Below, piece by piece: positions 1 to 6,998 of a stretch of DNA of 25,841 bases; position 1 is the first letter of the stretch, and every line of letters starts with the position of its first letter. Below the pieces are notes generated by a model. That model ran no database searches, was not told where the DNA came from, and saw nothing but the letters and a program-made list of their open reading frames with translations. Where the stretch lies: positions 1 to 25,841 of IMG/VR virus record IMGVR_UViG_3300040985_000507. One strand, given 5' to 3'. Position numbers and translations under genes: made by a program. Source of the DNA: a virus (taxonomy: Duplodnaviria > Caudoviricetes).

Positions 1-39
1 GTAATAGTCCGTAGTGCAGCCAACTATGTATATACTCAT
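1..39 (-). CDS. 5' part of a leftward ORF (MSIYIVGCTTDYY...), runs off the window edge
   Basis: ATG at 39-37 lies 2 nt after the stop of the 56-aa leftward ORF and the frame is open to position 1; only 13 codons are visible. Confidence 0.35.
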   Translation of the reverse strand, partial: MSIYIVGCTTDYY

Positions 40-41
40 AT

Positions 42-212
42 CTATTGACTGTCTGTTGGGAAATAATCCGTATCACATACCCTGCCTCTGCCTACTATAA
101 GATTCTGATCTGTTGCTCTTTGCAGGGCATCTTTTTTTGAAAAGCCTTTAATGTACATAAGTTGGCTTCCTCTGCTACCGTGATAAATTTTGTATTTTTT
201 TAAGGTGTTCAT
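42..212 (-). CDS. Hypothetical 56-aa early leftward protein (MNTLKKYKIYHGSRGSQLMYIKGFSKKDALQRATDQNLIVGRGRVCDTDYFPTDSQ)
   Basis: Manually translated (below the ORF-track cutoff); GAGGAA Shine-Dalgarno 8 nt upstream on the - strand; lies downstream of a candidate leftward promoter. Confidence 0.6.
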   Translation of the reverse strand: MNTLKKYKIYHGSRGSQLMYIKGFSKKDALQRATDQNLIVGRGRVCDTDYFPTDSQ

Positions 213-246
213 TTTATTTATTCCTCTTTTTGGTTAACTTGGCTCT

Positions 247-275
247 AGTATTTCACACCTGTGCAGCAGTTGCAA
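247..275 (-). promoter_or_regulatory. Candidate leftward sigma70 promoter
   Basis: - strand reads TTGCAA-17 nt-AATACT with a TGn extension. Confidence 0.45.
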
Positions 276-296
276 GCACTTATTAAAATAAGTTTA

Positions 297-325
297 TTGC
301 CAGAATCCAGAAACTACTGTAAAGT
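297..325 (+). promoter_or_regulatory. Candidate rightward sigma70 promoter giving a leaderless mRNA
   Basis: TTGCCA (297-302)-17 nt-TAAAGT (320-325); ATG 332 is 7 nt after the -10 and has no SD. Confidence 0.55.
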
Positions 326-331
326 TGAGCA

Positions 332-517
332 ATGACTATACAAAATACAAATAAAGCATCAATAATCAAGCACTTACAGAAATTGGGCAATATCAGTCAG
401 GCTTGTCATTCGGCTAATGTATCGCGAAGAAATTACTATTACTGGTGCGATGTTGACCCTATCTTCAAAGCGCAGACGCGCAGTGCAATGGCTCAATATT
501 TGCTCGCTGATACTTAA
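332..517 (+). CDS. Small helix-turn-helix DNA-binding protein
   Basis: HTH pattern GNISQACHSANVSRRNYYYW; first gene of the rightward operon (Cro-like position). Confidence 0.7.
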   Translation: MTIQNTNKASIIKHLQKLGNISQACHSANVSRRNYYYWCDVDPIFKAQTRSAMAQYLLADT

Positions 518-521
518 ACTT

Positions 522-1010
522 ATGACTCACGACTTTTCAGATCCGCTACAGCTCGCAGAGTTTATTATGGGCTTGAGAACCGATAAGGAGATGTCCTTTG
601 CCTTTGAGTTTAATACTCGCAAGCGTGACGCTGCGTTTAAGAAGATGGTCCGTGACAGGTCGCAGGCAATTCTGGATGAAAGGAATCGCAAGCCCCAGGC
701 ATACGCCAGAAATTCAGACCCCCAAACATCCCACGATGCCGCTAATGCTGTGCAGGGGAAAGTAACTAAATTACAGCAATGCGTAGTTGATGCACTAACG
801 GCACTAACGGAAGGTACTAGCGTTGATGTGTCAGAATGGGTTCAGGAAAATCGTGAGGGCGTGGTAAAAGCAAAAGATGAGGAACCGTCCTTCGCGTATC
901 AGTCCATATCACCTAGATTTGCTCCGCTTGAACGCATGGGGATTATTGAAAAAACAGGTAAGAGGAATGGACGCAGGAATATTTATAGATTGGTAGCAAA
1001 TGTGGTATAG
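522..1010 (+). CDS. Putative winged-HTH DNA-binding phage protein (probable start ATG 522, not 417)
   Basis: ARNSDPQTSHDAA motif common in phage wHTH proteins, plus C-terminal SISPRFAPLERMGIIEKTGKR wing; ATG 522 follows the upstream stop by 4 nt. Confidence 0.65.
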   Translation: MTHDFSDPLQLAEFIMGLRTDKEMSFAFEFNTRKRDAAFKKMVRDRSQAILDERNRKPQAYARNSDPQTSHDAANAVQGKVTKLQQCVVDALTALTEGTSVDVSEWVQENREGVVKAKDEEPSFAYQSISPRFAPLERMGIIEKTGKRNGRRNIYRLVANVV

Positions 1011-1011
1011 T
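1001..1011 (+). promoter_or_regulatory. Extended -10 promoter upstream of the RNA leader and replication gene
   Basis: TGTGGTATAGT (TGn-TATAGT); predicted +1 near 1017-1018 coincides with the 5' arm of the RNA stem. Confidence 0.55.
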
Positions 1012-1015
1012 TATT

Positions 1016-1094
1016 TCACTGGCGGGACAGGCTCTCGCTTTCTAGTGCCGATACACTAGATTACCGTCAGTGATTCTTTTAACCTTATCGGAGG
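1016..1094 (+). ncRNA. Structured cis-regulatory RNA leader or C4-like antisense element with a loop-to-SD pairing
   Basis: 10-bp closing stem TCACTGGCGG (1016-1025)/CCGTCAGTGA (1064-1073) with one G-U; perfect 7-bp hairpin TCTAGTG/CACTAGA; loop CCGATA (1048-1053) is complementary to TATCGG (1086-1091), which overlaps SD GGAGG (1090-1094). Confidence 0.6.
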
Positions 1095-1100
1095 TATCAA

Positions 1101-1841
1101 ATGTACGGAAAAATCTTTGAGTCAATTTACGATGGAACAATATCCGTCAACTGGAAAGGTCTAGTAACCTTCCAACAATTAATTGTTCTTTGTGATGCAG
1201 ATGGGGTTGTTGATATGACACCTCCGGCTATTTCCAGGCGCACTAACATCCCTATTGATATTATTGAGGAAGGACTAACTTTTTTAGCCCAACCTGATAA
1301 ATATTCGCGCTCAAAAGAATATGAAGGGAGGCGCATTATTTTAATTGATAGCGAACGAGAATGGGGGTGGCAGATAGTCAACCATAAGTATTATCGCAAC
1401 CTTGCAAGCAGGGAGGACAAGAAAGAGAAGGATAGGGTAAGGATTGCTGAAAAACGTAGTAAAAACAATGATGTCGATAGTTGTCGCAACAAGTCGCAAA
1501 TGTCGCCTATACAAGATACAAATACAAATACAAAAGCAAATACAGATACACCCACAAGTGGTTTTGAATGTTTTTGGGAAGCGTATCCAAAAAAGAACAA
1601 ACAGCCAGAAACAAAAGATACGTGGAATGGCATGATGTTGGATTCATCTCTTGACCTTATTTTGGAAAACATTGAAAAAAGAAAGGAAGTTGATTCTGGT
1701 TGGAAACGTGGTTATGTATCGAACCCGGCTAACTACTTGAGAAACCGTGAGTGGGAGGACGAAATATCCTTAGAGAAAAATGCAGATAGTAAGTCAGTCG
1801 TACAGGAGGTGGCAGATGCATTCGCAAGACATAATCAATAA
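1101..1841 (+). CDS. Phage replication initiator (lambda O / replisome-organiser type)
   Basis: N-terminal HTH-like region, charged linker with internal repeats, C-terminal FECFWEAYPKK...NPANYLRNREWEDE motif typical of phage initiators; GGAGG SD. Confidence 0.85.
   Translation: MYGKIFESIYDGTISVNWKGLVTFQQLIVLCDADGVVDMTPPAISRRTNIPIDIIEEGLTFLAQPDKYSRSKEYEGRRIILIDSEREWGWQIVNHKYYRNLASREDKKEKDRVRIAEKRSKNNDVDSCRNKSQMSPIQDTNTNTKANTDTPTSGFECFWEAYPKKNKQPETKDTWNGMMLDSSLDLILENIEKRKEVDSGWKRGYVSNPANYLRNREWEDEISLEKNADSKSVVQEVADAFARHNQ
1471..1550 (+). repeat. Probable replication origin inside the initiator gene: iteron-like repeats plus an AT-rich repeat tract
   Basis: GTCG(C/A) at 1473, 1483, 1493 and 1502 (10/10/9-nt spacing), followed by (A/G)ATACA repeats at 1511-1550. 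Confidence 0.6.
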
Positions 1842-2382
1842 TCCACCAGAATTACTCAGCGTTGTCCAGCGTGGCATCGCAAAGCTCATGGTGAGAAAGT
1901 TACGCTTCCCACCACCACCAAATGACATCCCTATTTTTTGCGAGGTACTAACAGAGGACTTGGTTCGGGCTAACAAAGTGAATGTTGAAAAAATAAACAA
2001 CGCACTGAACTGGATTGGCGGTAACGACACTGATTTTCCGCAACCAGCCAGGGTGCTTCAAGTGTTGAAGAGCCAAGAGCCACCACGACAAACCTACAAA
2101 GAATTACCCTTGCCTGATGTCACACCATTAGTGGCAGAGGCTAATTTAAAAAAGATACGAGAGATGCTCGCAGGATTTGGCACAACAAGAAAGGCTAAAC
2201 CAAAACCAAAAAAATACATGGAGTCAAAATACGGATCAATAGACTTAACAGATCAACAATTAATCACCCTGCAAAAAACCTACGCAGAGATGGTGCTTGG
2301 TGATAAAAAGATTGAAGCTGGGCAGTGGCAGAAGGATTACACCAAACAATGTCTGGCTGAAAATGCGGAGAGAAATAAATGA
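1816..2382 (+). CDS. Replication-associated protein in the lambda P (helicase loader) position
   Basis: GGAGG at 1805-1809 supports ATG 1816; lies directly after the initiator; FPQPA...LPLP...NLKKIREML pattern resembles P-position proteins; function inferred from synteny. Confidence 0.5.
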   Translation: MHSQDIINNPPELLSVVQRGIAKLMVRKLRFPPPPNDIPIFCEVLTEDLVRANKVNVEKINNALNWIGGNDTDFPQPARVLQVLKSQEPPRQTYKELPLPDVTPLVAEANLKKIREMLAGFGTTRKAKPKPKKYMESKYGSIDLTDQQLITLQKTYAEMVLGDKKIEAGQWQKDYTKQCLAENAERNK

Positions 2383-2774
2383 ATAAAAAATTCAGACTAC
2401 GAGACTCCGACATAATCCAGAACTGCGCTAAGTATATTCTAAGCGATGAGATGCGGAAGGAATGCGAGCGTAAAGAGCATGAGGTGATTATTCAAGAATA
2501 CAAAAAGGATGTCACGGCAGAGCAACGGGCTTTCTTCAACGGTGTGCTGGTGAGAGCAATATCGCAGGAAACCGGCTACTCAGAAGCTGAAGTCAAAGAG
2601 ATGGTGAAGAAATACACTCACGGCGTGAACGAGGTGACTATCGGCAACAGCACCCACTACGTCACCACCTCAAGCGAAAGCGGAAGGGAGAAAATGAGTG
2701 AATTGATTGAGGGTGCTTACAGGCTGGCGGCGGAGGCAAACATCCAACTTCCGTCACCCAGGTACGTGCAATGA
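2379..2774 (+). CDS. ninB: NinB/Orf-like recombination protein
   Basis: TAEQRAFF...ISQETG...EVKE and TTSS...KMSELIEGAYRLAAE...IQLP resemble the NinB family; nin-region position. Confidence 0.6.
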   Translation: MNKKFRLRDSDIIQNCAKYILSDEMRKECERKEHEVIIQEYKKDVTAEQRAFFNGVLVRAISQETGYSEAEVKEMVKKYTHGVNEVTIGNSTHYVTTSSESGREKMSELIEGAYRLAAEANIQLPSPRYVQ

Positions 2775-3757
2775 GAAAGGAAATTATAGGTGATGCCGAA
2801 TTGCATTTAGGTAACTGCTTAGATGCCCTTAAAGAAATTGAAAAAAACAGCGTTCAGTGTTGCGTCACATCACCTCCTTATTGGGGGTTGCGAGACTATG
2901 GTTGTGATGGACAATTAGGGCTTGAGAAAACACCAGAAGAATATGTTGAGAATATAGTTAAAGTATTTAGCTTGGTTCGTGAAGCCTTAACCGAAGACGG
3001 GACACTTTGGCTTAATTTGGGTGATAGTTATTATAATTACCGCCCTGGATCTACGTCACAACCACAACAAACACTAGCAAATAATAACGGTGCTGTTGTG
3101 GAGACATCAGCGAAAAGAAATTTAAAACAGAAAGGATTGAAAGAAAAGGATTTAGTTGGCATCCCCTGGATGGTTGCCTTTGCGCTCCGCACTGATGGCT
3201 GGTATCTACGCTCAGATATTATCTGGCATAAACCAAACCCTATGCCCGAATCAGTGAAAGACAGACCAACACGCTCTCACGAGTATGTTTTTTTGCTCAC
3301 TAAGTCAAAAAATTATTATTACGATGCTGATGCTATTAAAGAGCCATCAAAAGAAACGCGACCAAGCGGAGTTGTAAGGGACAGACTTCTTGATTACAAC
3401 AGTAAAGAAAAAATAATAAGAGGAGGTTTAAATAGAGGGAGTGCTGACAATGAGTCAGACATACGCCCTGCCAGCACGATGGCTAATAAACGCGATGTAT
3501 GGACAGTCAACACAAAATCTTATTCGGAGGCGCATTTTGCAGTTTACCCTCCAGAGCTTATTACTCCTTGTATCTTAGCGGGGAGCAAAGAAGGTGATGT
3601 GATACTAGATCCTTTTAATGGCTCTGGCACAACCGGTGAAGTCGCGCTACAACATGGGCGGAAATATACAGGTATTGAATTAAATGAGGATTACTTCAAT
3701 GATATTGCATGTAAACGTATTGAGGAAGCGCAAAGGCAATTAAGGATGTTTGCATGA
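2771..3757 (+). CDS. Orphan DNA methyltransferase, beta class (probably N4-cytosine)
   Basis: Catalytic TSPPY near the N-terminus, IIWHKPNPMPES, HFAVYP, and SAM-binding DPFNGSGTT near the C-terminus. Confidence 0.92.
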   Translation: MRKEIIGDAELHLGNCLDALKEIEKNSVQCCVTSPPYWGLRDYGCDGQLGLEKTPEEYVENIVKVFSLVREALTEDGTLWLNLGDSYYNYRPGSTSQPQQTLANNNGAVVETSAKRNLKQKGLKEKDLVGIPWMVAFALRTDGWYLRSDIIWHKPNPMPESVKDRPTRSHEYVFLLTKSKNYYYDADAIKEPSKETRPSGVVRDRLLDYNSKEKIIRGGLNRGSADNESDIRPASTMANKRDVWTVNTKSYSEAHFAVYPPELITPCILAGSKEGDVILDPFNGSGTTGEVALQHGRKYTGIELNEDYFNDIACKRIEEAQRQLRMFA

Positions 3758-4059
3758 GCAAGCTCCGCAAAAGCGCAAAGGGAGAGCAATGCGCCTTGCA
3801 AATCCCAGGAGTCTGCAATTTTGATACAGCCACAACAGTGCTGGCGCATCTGCCTGATGATAGCGGTACTGGCAAGATGGGCGGCAAGTCAGAGGACTGG
3901 TGTGCCTGTTTTGCTTGTAGTGACTGTCATGCATTGATTGACAATCAAGCAGAGTTTCAAAAGAGATACACGAGCGAGGATTATCTTTTTTTCATACGCC
4001 GGGCAATGATTAAAACTTGGCGGAAATGGTTTAACGCTGGATTACTGGAGGTGAGATGA
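3754..4059 (+). CDS. DUF1364/YbcO-like putative Zn-binding nuclease
   Basis: SKLRKSAKGEQC..QIPGVCN..TTVLAH..GKMGGK..D..ACSDCH signature. Confidence 0.85.
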   Translation: MSKLRKSAKGEQCALQIPGVCNFDTATTVLAHLPDDSGTGKMGGKSEDWCACFACSDCHALIDNQAEFQKRYTSEDYLFFIRRAMIKTWRKWFNAGLLEVR

Positions 4060-4451
4060 TGGCAGTAAAAATAGAAGGAAGTTTTAAGTTTTCAAAAGAC
4101 ACATGGGATCACGGTTCTTTGTATCTTGATGAAGATCTAACAGTCGGAGAGACTTTGTATAAATTTATGAGCGAATCGTTCAATGTGCTGCTAGAGGACT
4201 TCATTTCAGATCATCCTAATAGCTATATTTACTACAGCGAAGAAACTAACAGAGTGCGGGTGAGTTTTGATGCGGGTGAGAGCGTTGTGGTGTCTTTGAG
4301 CTTAGAGGATTTGTTTTTGACTGCATTAATTCCGAATACGTTAGAGGGAGTGCAGTATGAGAATATAGCAAAGAGGCTCAGGGTTTTGGCAGATAAGGTG
4401 GAGGAAGCTGGCAAAGAAGGATGGAAACAGAGGGCGAGTCATGAAAACTGA
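4056..4451 (+). CDS. Hypothetical protein
   Basis: 131-aa ORF, GGAGG SD, ATGA overlap with the upstream gene. Confidence 0.7.
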   Translation: MMAVKIEGSFKFSKDTWDHGSLYLDEDLTVGETLYKFMSESFNVLLEDFISDHPNSYIYYSEETNRVRVSFDAGESVVVSLSLEDLFLTALIPNTLEGVQYENIAKRLRVLADKVEEAGKEGWKQRASHEN

Positions 4452-4608
4452 AACCCAAGAGAACGACAACGCGAGGGGTTACGTTAACGACTTAATCGAT
4501 CTATGCCTTGAGTGGCAGATACACCCAAACGCAATAAGAATAATATTCAATGATTTTTTAGAATTGCTTGAAACTATCGAGGCGAGGAAAAAGGAGAACA
4601 CTCATTGA
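4441..4608 (+). CDS. Hypothetical 55-aa protein (MKTETQENDNARGYVNDLIDLCLEWQIHPNAIRIIFNDFLELLETIEARKKENTH)
   Basis: Manually translated; fills the gap and overlaps both neighbours (TTGA with the next start); GAGG upstream. Confidence 0.65.
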   Translation: MKTETQENDNARGYVNDLIDLCLEWQIHPNAIRIIFNDFLELLETIEARKKENTH

Positions 4609-4913
4609 AACGCTCTCGGACTGACAGAAACCAACAAGATGTAATTGACGCTCTAAGGAAAGCCGGATGCTCTGTGTTGAGCCTGGCTAATGTCGGGCAA
4701 GGATGCCCAGATTTGCTTTGCGGATTAGCAGGAAAGAACTGGCTGATTGAGGTGAAGGACGGCACTAAGCCACCATCAAGGCAAAAGCTCACACCGGCAC
4801 AGGAACGGTTTCACGAGTTTCACGTGGAACACCCGGAGAAATATTGGAACGGACAGAAAGCTGTAGTAACTACAGTCCACGAAGCACTTGCAGTTGTGAT
4901 AGGTGTGGAATGA
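4605..4913 (+). CDS. VRR-NUC / PD-(D/E)XK nuclease (Holliday-junction resolvase-like)
   Basis: GCPDLLCG...LIEVKDG...KLTPAQERF motif; AAGGAG SD before a TTG start. Confidence 0.85.
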   Translation: MKRSRTDRNQQDVIDALRKAGCSVLSLANVGQGCPDLLCGLAGKNWLIEVKDGTKPPSRQKLTPAQERFHEFHVEHPEKYWNGQKAVVTTVHEALAVVIGVE

Positions 4914-5284
4914 AAGACTCCACCAGAGAGATAGATTGCATCTTAGCCAGTTGGGGAAGGTGGACTAGAGCTGGTGGGAATATAGGTGGACTAGGCTATC
5001 CATCCATGACGGTAATTGCTAAAATGTCAGCAGTCCCTGCTAATCGGGTGCGCCCTGATGAGAACGTGATGGAGGAGCTGGATATTATCATCGGCAGACT
5101 GAACCAGCCTTTTCGCAGGATTGTCCATCGGCATTATGTGGATGTGCGTCCAGATGGAGGGCATTTCCCAAACATGCGAACGCAGGAAGCGAAAGCCAAG
5201 AGCGAGGGTATGTCGGTGGGGAGCTACAAAGTGTCGCTGTTTATTGCTCGGAATCAGATAAATGATAAATTTGAGAGTCTTTAA
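4910..5284 (+). CDS. Q: Antitermination protein Q-like late-gene regulator (start ATG 4910)
   Basis: IDCILASWGRW..GLGYPS N-terminal motif and C-terminal HTH; last gene of the nin region before a terminator; ATGA overlap. Confidence 0.7.
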   Translation: MKDSTREIDCILASWGRWTRAGGNIGGLGYPSMTVIAKMSAVPANRVRPDENVMEELDIIIGRLNQPFRRIVHRHYVDVRPDGGHFPNMRTQEAKAKSEGMSVGSYKVSLFIARNQINDKFESL

Positions 5285-5369
5285 CTTTTATGCTACGCTA
5301 ACAGCTAGGATTGAAAAACTGTCGCTCAGATAATTGATCAGTCCTTTAACTCGATAAAACCAATACTTC

Positions 5370-5397
5370 AGCCTGGCTCTCCGTTAGGCTTTTTTTT
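5370..5397 (+). terminator. Rho-independent terminator (tR'-like)
   Basis: AGCCTGGC-TCTCC-GTTAGGCT stem followed by a T run. Confidence 0.85.
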
Positions 5398-5408
5398 GGA
5401 TTAAATTT

Positions 5409-5430
5409 AGACTAACCTTTGGAGGAGTCT
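5409..5430 (+). promoter_or_regulatory. Bulged hairpin occluding the SD of the ParB-MTase gene
   Basis: AGACT-AA-CCT-TTGG-AGG-AGTCT; near-identical architecture at 12329-12346. Confidence 0.5.
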
Positions 5431-6624
5431 GTGCTAGAAGTCATTGATGCCGATACATCATCTGTTGTCCCATACGCACGTAACCCAAGAAAAAACGAAA
5501 AGGCAGTTTCGTCAGTTGCGGCGAGCATAAAAGAGTTTGGTTTTCGCCAGCCTATTGTGGTCGATGAGGATATGGTGGTGATTGCCGGACACACCCGCTT
5601 GAGTGCCGCACAGTCGCTCGGACTAACGCAAGTCCCTATCCATGTGGCTACCGGGTTAAGTGAGGCGCAGAAAAAGGCATACAGGCTTGCCGATAACAGG
5701 GTGAGCCAGGATTCCGAGTGGGATTACGACATGCTCAAGTTGGAATTTGATGATTTGCTGGAAATGGACTTTGATTTAAACGCCACCGGATTCACAGGGG
5801 AGGAGTTAAATGCCCTGATGACGGACAAGACTGCAGGTTTAACCGATCCTGATGCTGTCCCTGAGCCACCAGAAGATCCGATTAGCAAGCCGGGCGATTT
5901 GTGGTTATTAGGCAACCATCGATTGTTATGCGGCGATGCAACAATAGTCACCGATGTGGATAATCTGTTAGATGGGGTTAAGCCTCATTTGATGGTGACT
6001 GATCCGCCTTATGGCGTGGAGTATGATGCAGAGTGGAGGGTTAAGGCTGGAGTTAATGCGCCGACAGCCGCACATGGAAAAGTGCTGAATGATGATAATG
6101 CAGACTGGGCTGAAGCATGGGCATTGTTTCCTGGTGTTGTGGCTTATGTTTGGCATGGCGGTGTTCATGCTGGAGTAGTAGCAGACAGCCTGATGAAGAA
6201 TGATTTTATCATTAGGTCTCAAATTATATGGGCAAAGAACAGCATGGTTATGAGCCGAGGTGATTACCATTGGCAACACGAGCCTTGCTGGTACGCAGTG
6301 AAGAAAGGATCAAAAGGATATTATGGAGGCGGACGAAAGCAAACCACCATCTGGAATATAGATAAGCCTCTAAAATCAGAAACAGGACACAGCACTCAAA
6401 AGCCCGTTGAATGCATGCGCCGCCCTATTGTGAACAACTCAAGCGAGGGACAGGCAATATACGAGCCTTTCAGCGGCTCAGGCACAACTATCATCGCCGG
6501 GGAGATGGAGGGACGCAGTATTTATGCGATGGAGTTAAGTCCAGAATATTGTGATATTGCTGTAAAGCGATGGGAGCAATTCACTGGGCAAACCGCAGAA
6601 CTTGAAAAGAGGGAAGCGGCATGA
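5431..6624 (+). CDS. ParB-N-terminal-domain / DNA adenine methyltransferase fusion (probable GTG start at 5431)
   Basis: ParB motif PYARNPRKN..FGFRQPIVVD..IAGHTRL..LADNR; catalytic TDPPY; HSTQKP; EPFSGSGTT; GGAGGAG at 5421-5427. Confidence 0.92.
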   Translation: MLEVIDADTSSVVPYARNPRKNEKAVSSVAASIKEFGFRQPIVVDEDMVVIAGHTRLSAAQSLGLTQVPIHVATGLSEAQKKAYRLADNRVSQDSEWDYDMLKLEFDDLLEMDFDLNATGFTGEELNALMTDKTAGLTDPDAVPEPPEDPISKPGDLWLLGNHRLLCGDATIVTDVDNLLDGVKPHLMVTDPPYGVEYDAEWRVKAGVNAPTAAHGKVLNDDNADWAEAWALFPGVVAYVWHGGVHAGVVADSLMKNDFIIRSQIIWAKNSMVMSRGDYHWQHEPCWYAVKKGSKGYYGGGRKQTTIWNIDKPLKSETGHSTQKPVECMRRPIVNNSSEGQAIYEPFSGSGTTIIAGEMEGRSIYAMELSPEYCDIAVKRWEQFTGQTAELEKREAA

Positions 6625-6998
6625 GCGATAAACCAGAGGGATATGTGTTCGGCAGACCGACCAAGTACAAACCAGAGATGTGTCAAACCGTTATAGATAT
6701 GATGGCAGACGGATGTTGCATTGCAGAGGTATGCGCTAAGTTACTGATAACACAAGATACTTTTCATAGATGGGTGAAAGATAAGAAAGACTTTTCAGAG
6801 TCCTATGGGATAGGCAGGCAATTATCAGAGGGATGGTGGAGTAAATTGGGACGAGGTGGGGCTATGGGGCAAGTGCCTATTAACTCACCCACCTGGATCT
6901 TTAACATGAAGAACCGATTTAACTGGAAGGATAAAACCACCACTGAGCATGAGGGTGAGGTGGATGTGAATGTTAACCATAATGTAAAATGGGAGTGA
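6621..6998 (+). CDS. terS: Terminase small subunit
   Basis: GRPTKYKPE..HTH..WIFNMKNRFNWKDK; immediately upstream of TerL. Confidence 0.85.
   Translation: MSDKPEGYVFGRPTKYKPEMCQTVIDMMADGCCIAEVCAKLLITQDTFHRWVKDKKDFSESYGIGRQLSEGWWSKLGRGGAMGQVPINSPTWIFNMKNRFNWKDKTTTEHEGEVDVNVNHNVKWE

Noticed and set aside
417-521. N-terminal extension of the 197-aa ORF from 417
   Set aside because: Overlaps the HTH gene by 100 nt with no SD; ATG 522 fits the operon packing better
1016-1073. tRNA gene
   Set aside because: Too short, with no T-loop GTTC, D-loop or anticodon arm; treated as a regulatory RNA instead
2771-4913. MTase plus nearby nucleases as a restriction-modification or defence system
   Set aside because: DUF1364-like and VRR-NUC-like genes are ordinary nin-region phage genes; nothing indicates a cognate restriction enzyme
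5285-5345. Late promoter pR' / qut site
   Set aside because: Expected here, but TTGAAA (5311) and GATAAT (5329) are only 12 nt apart and no convincing -35/-10 pair could be assigned
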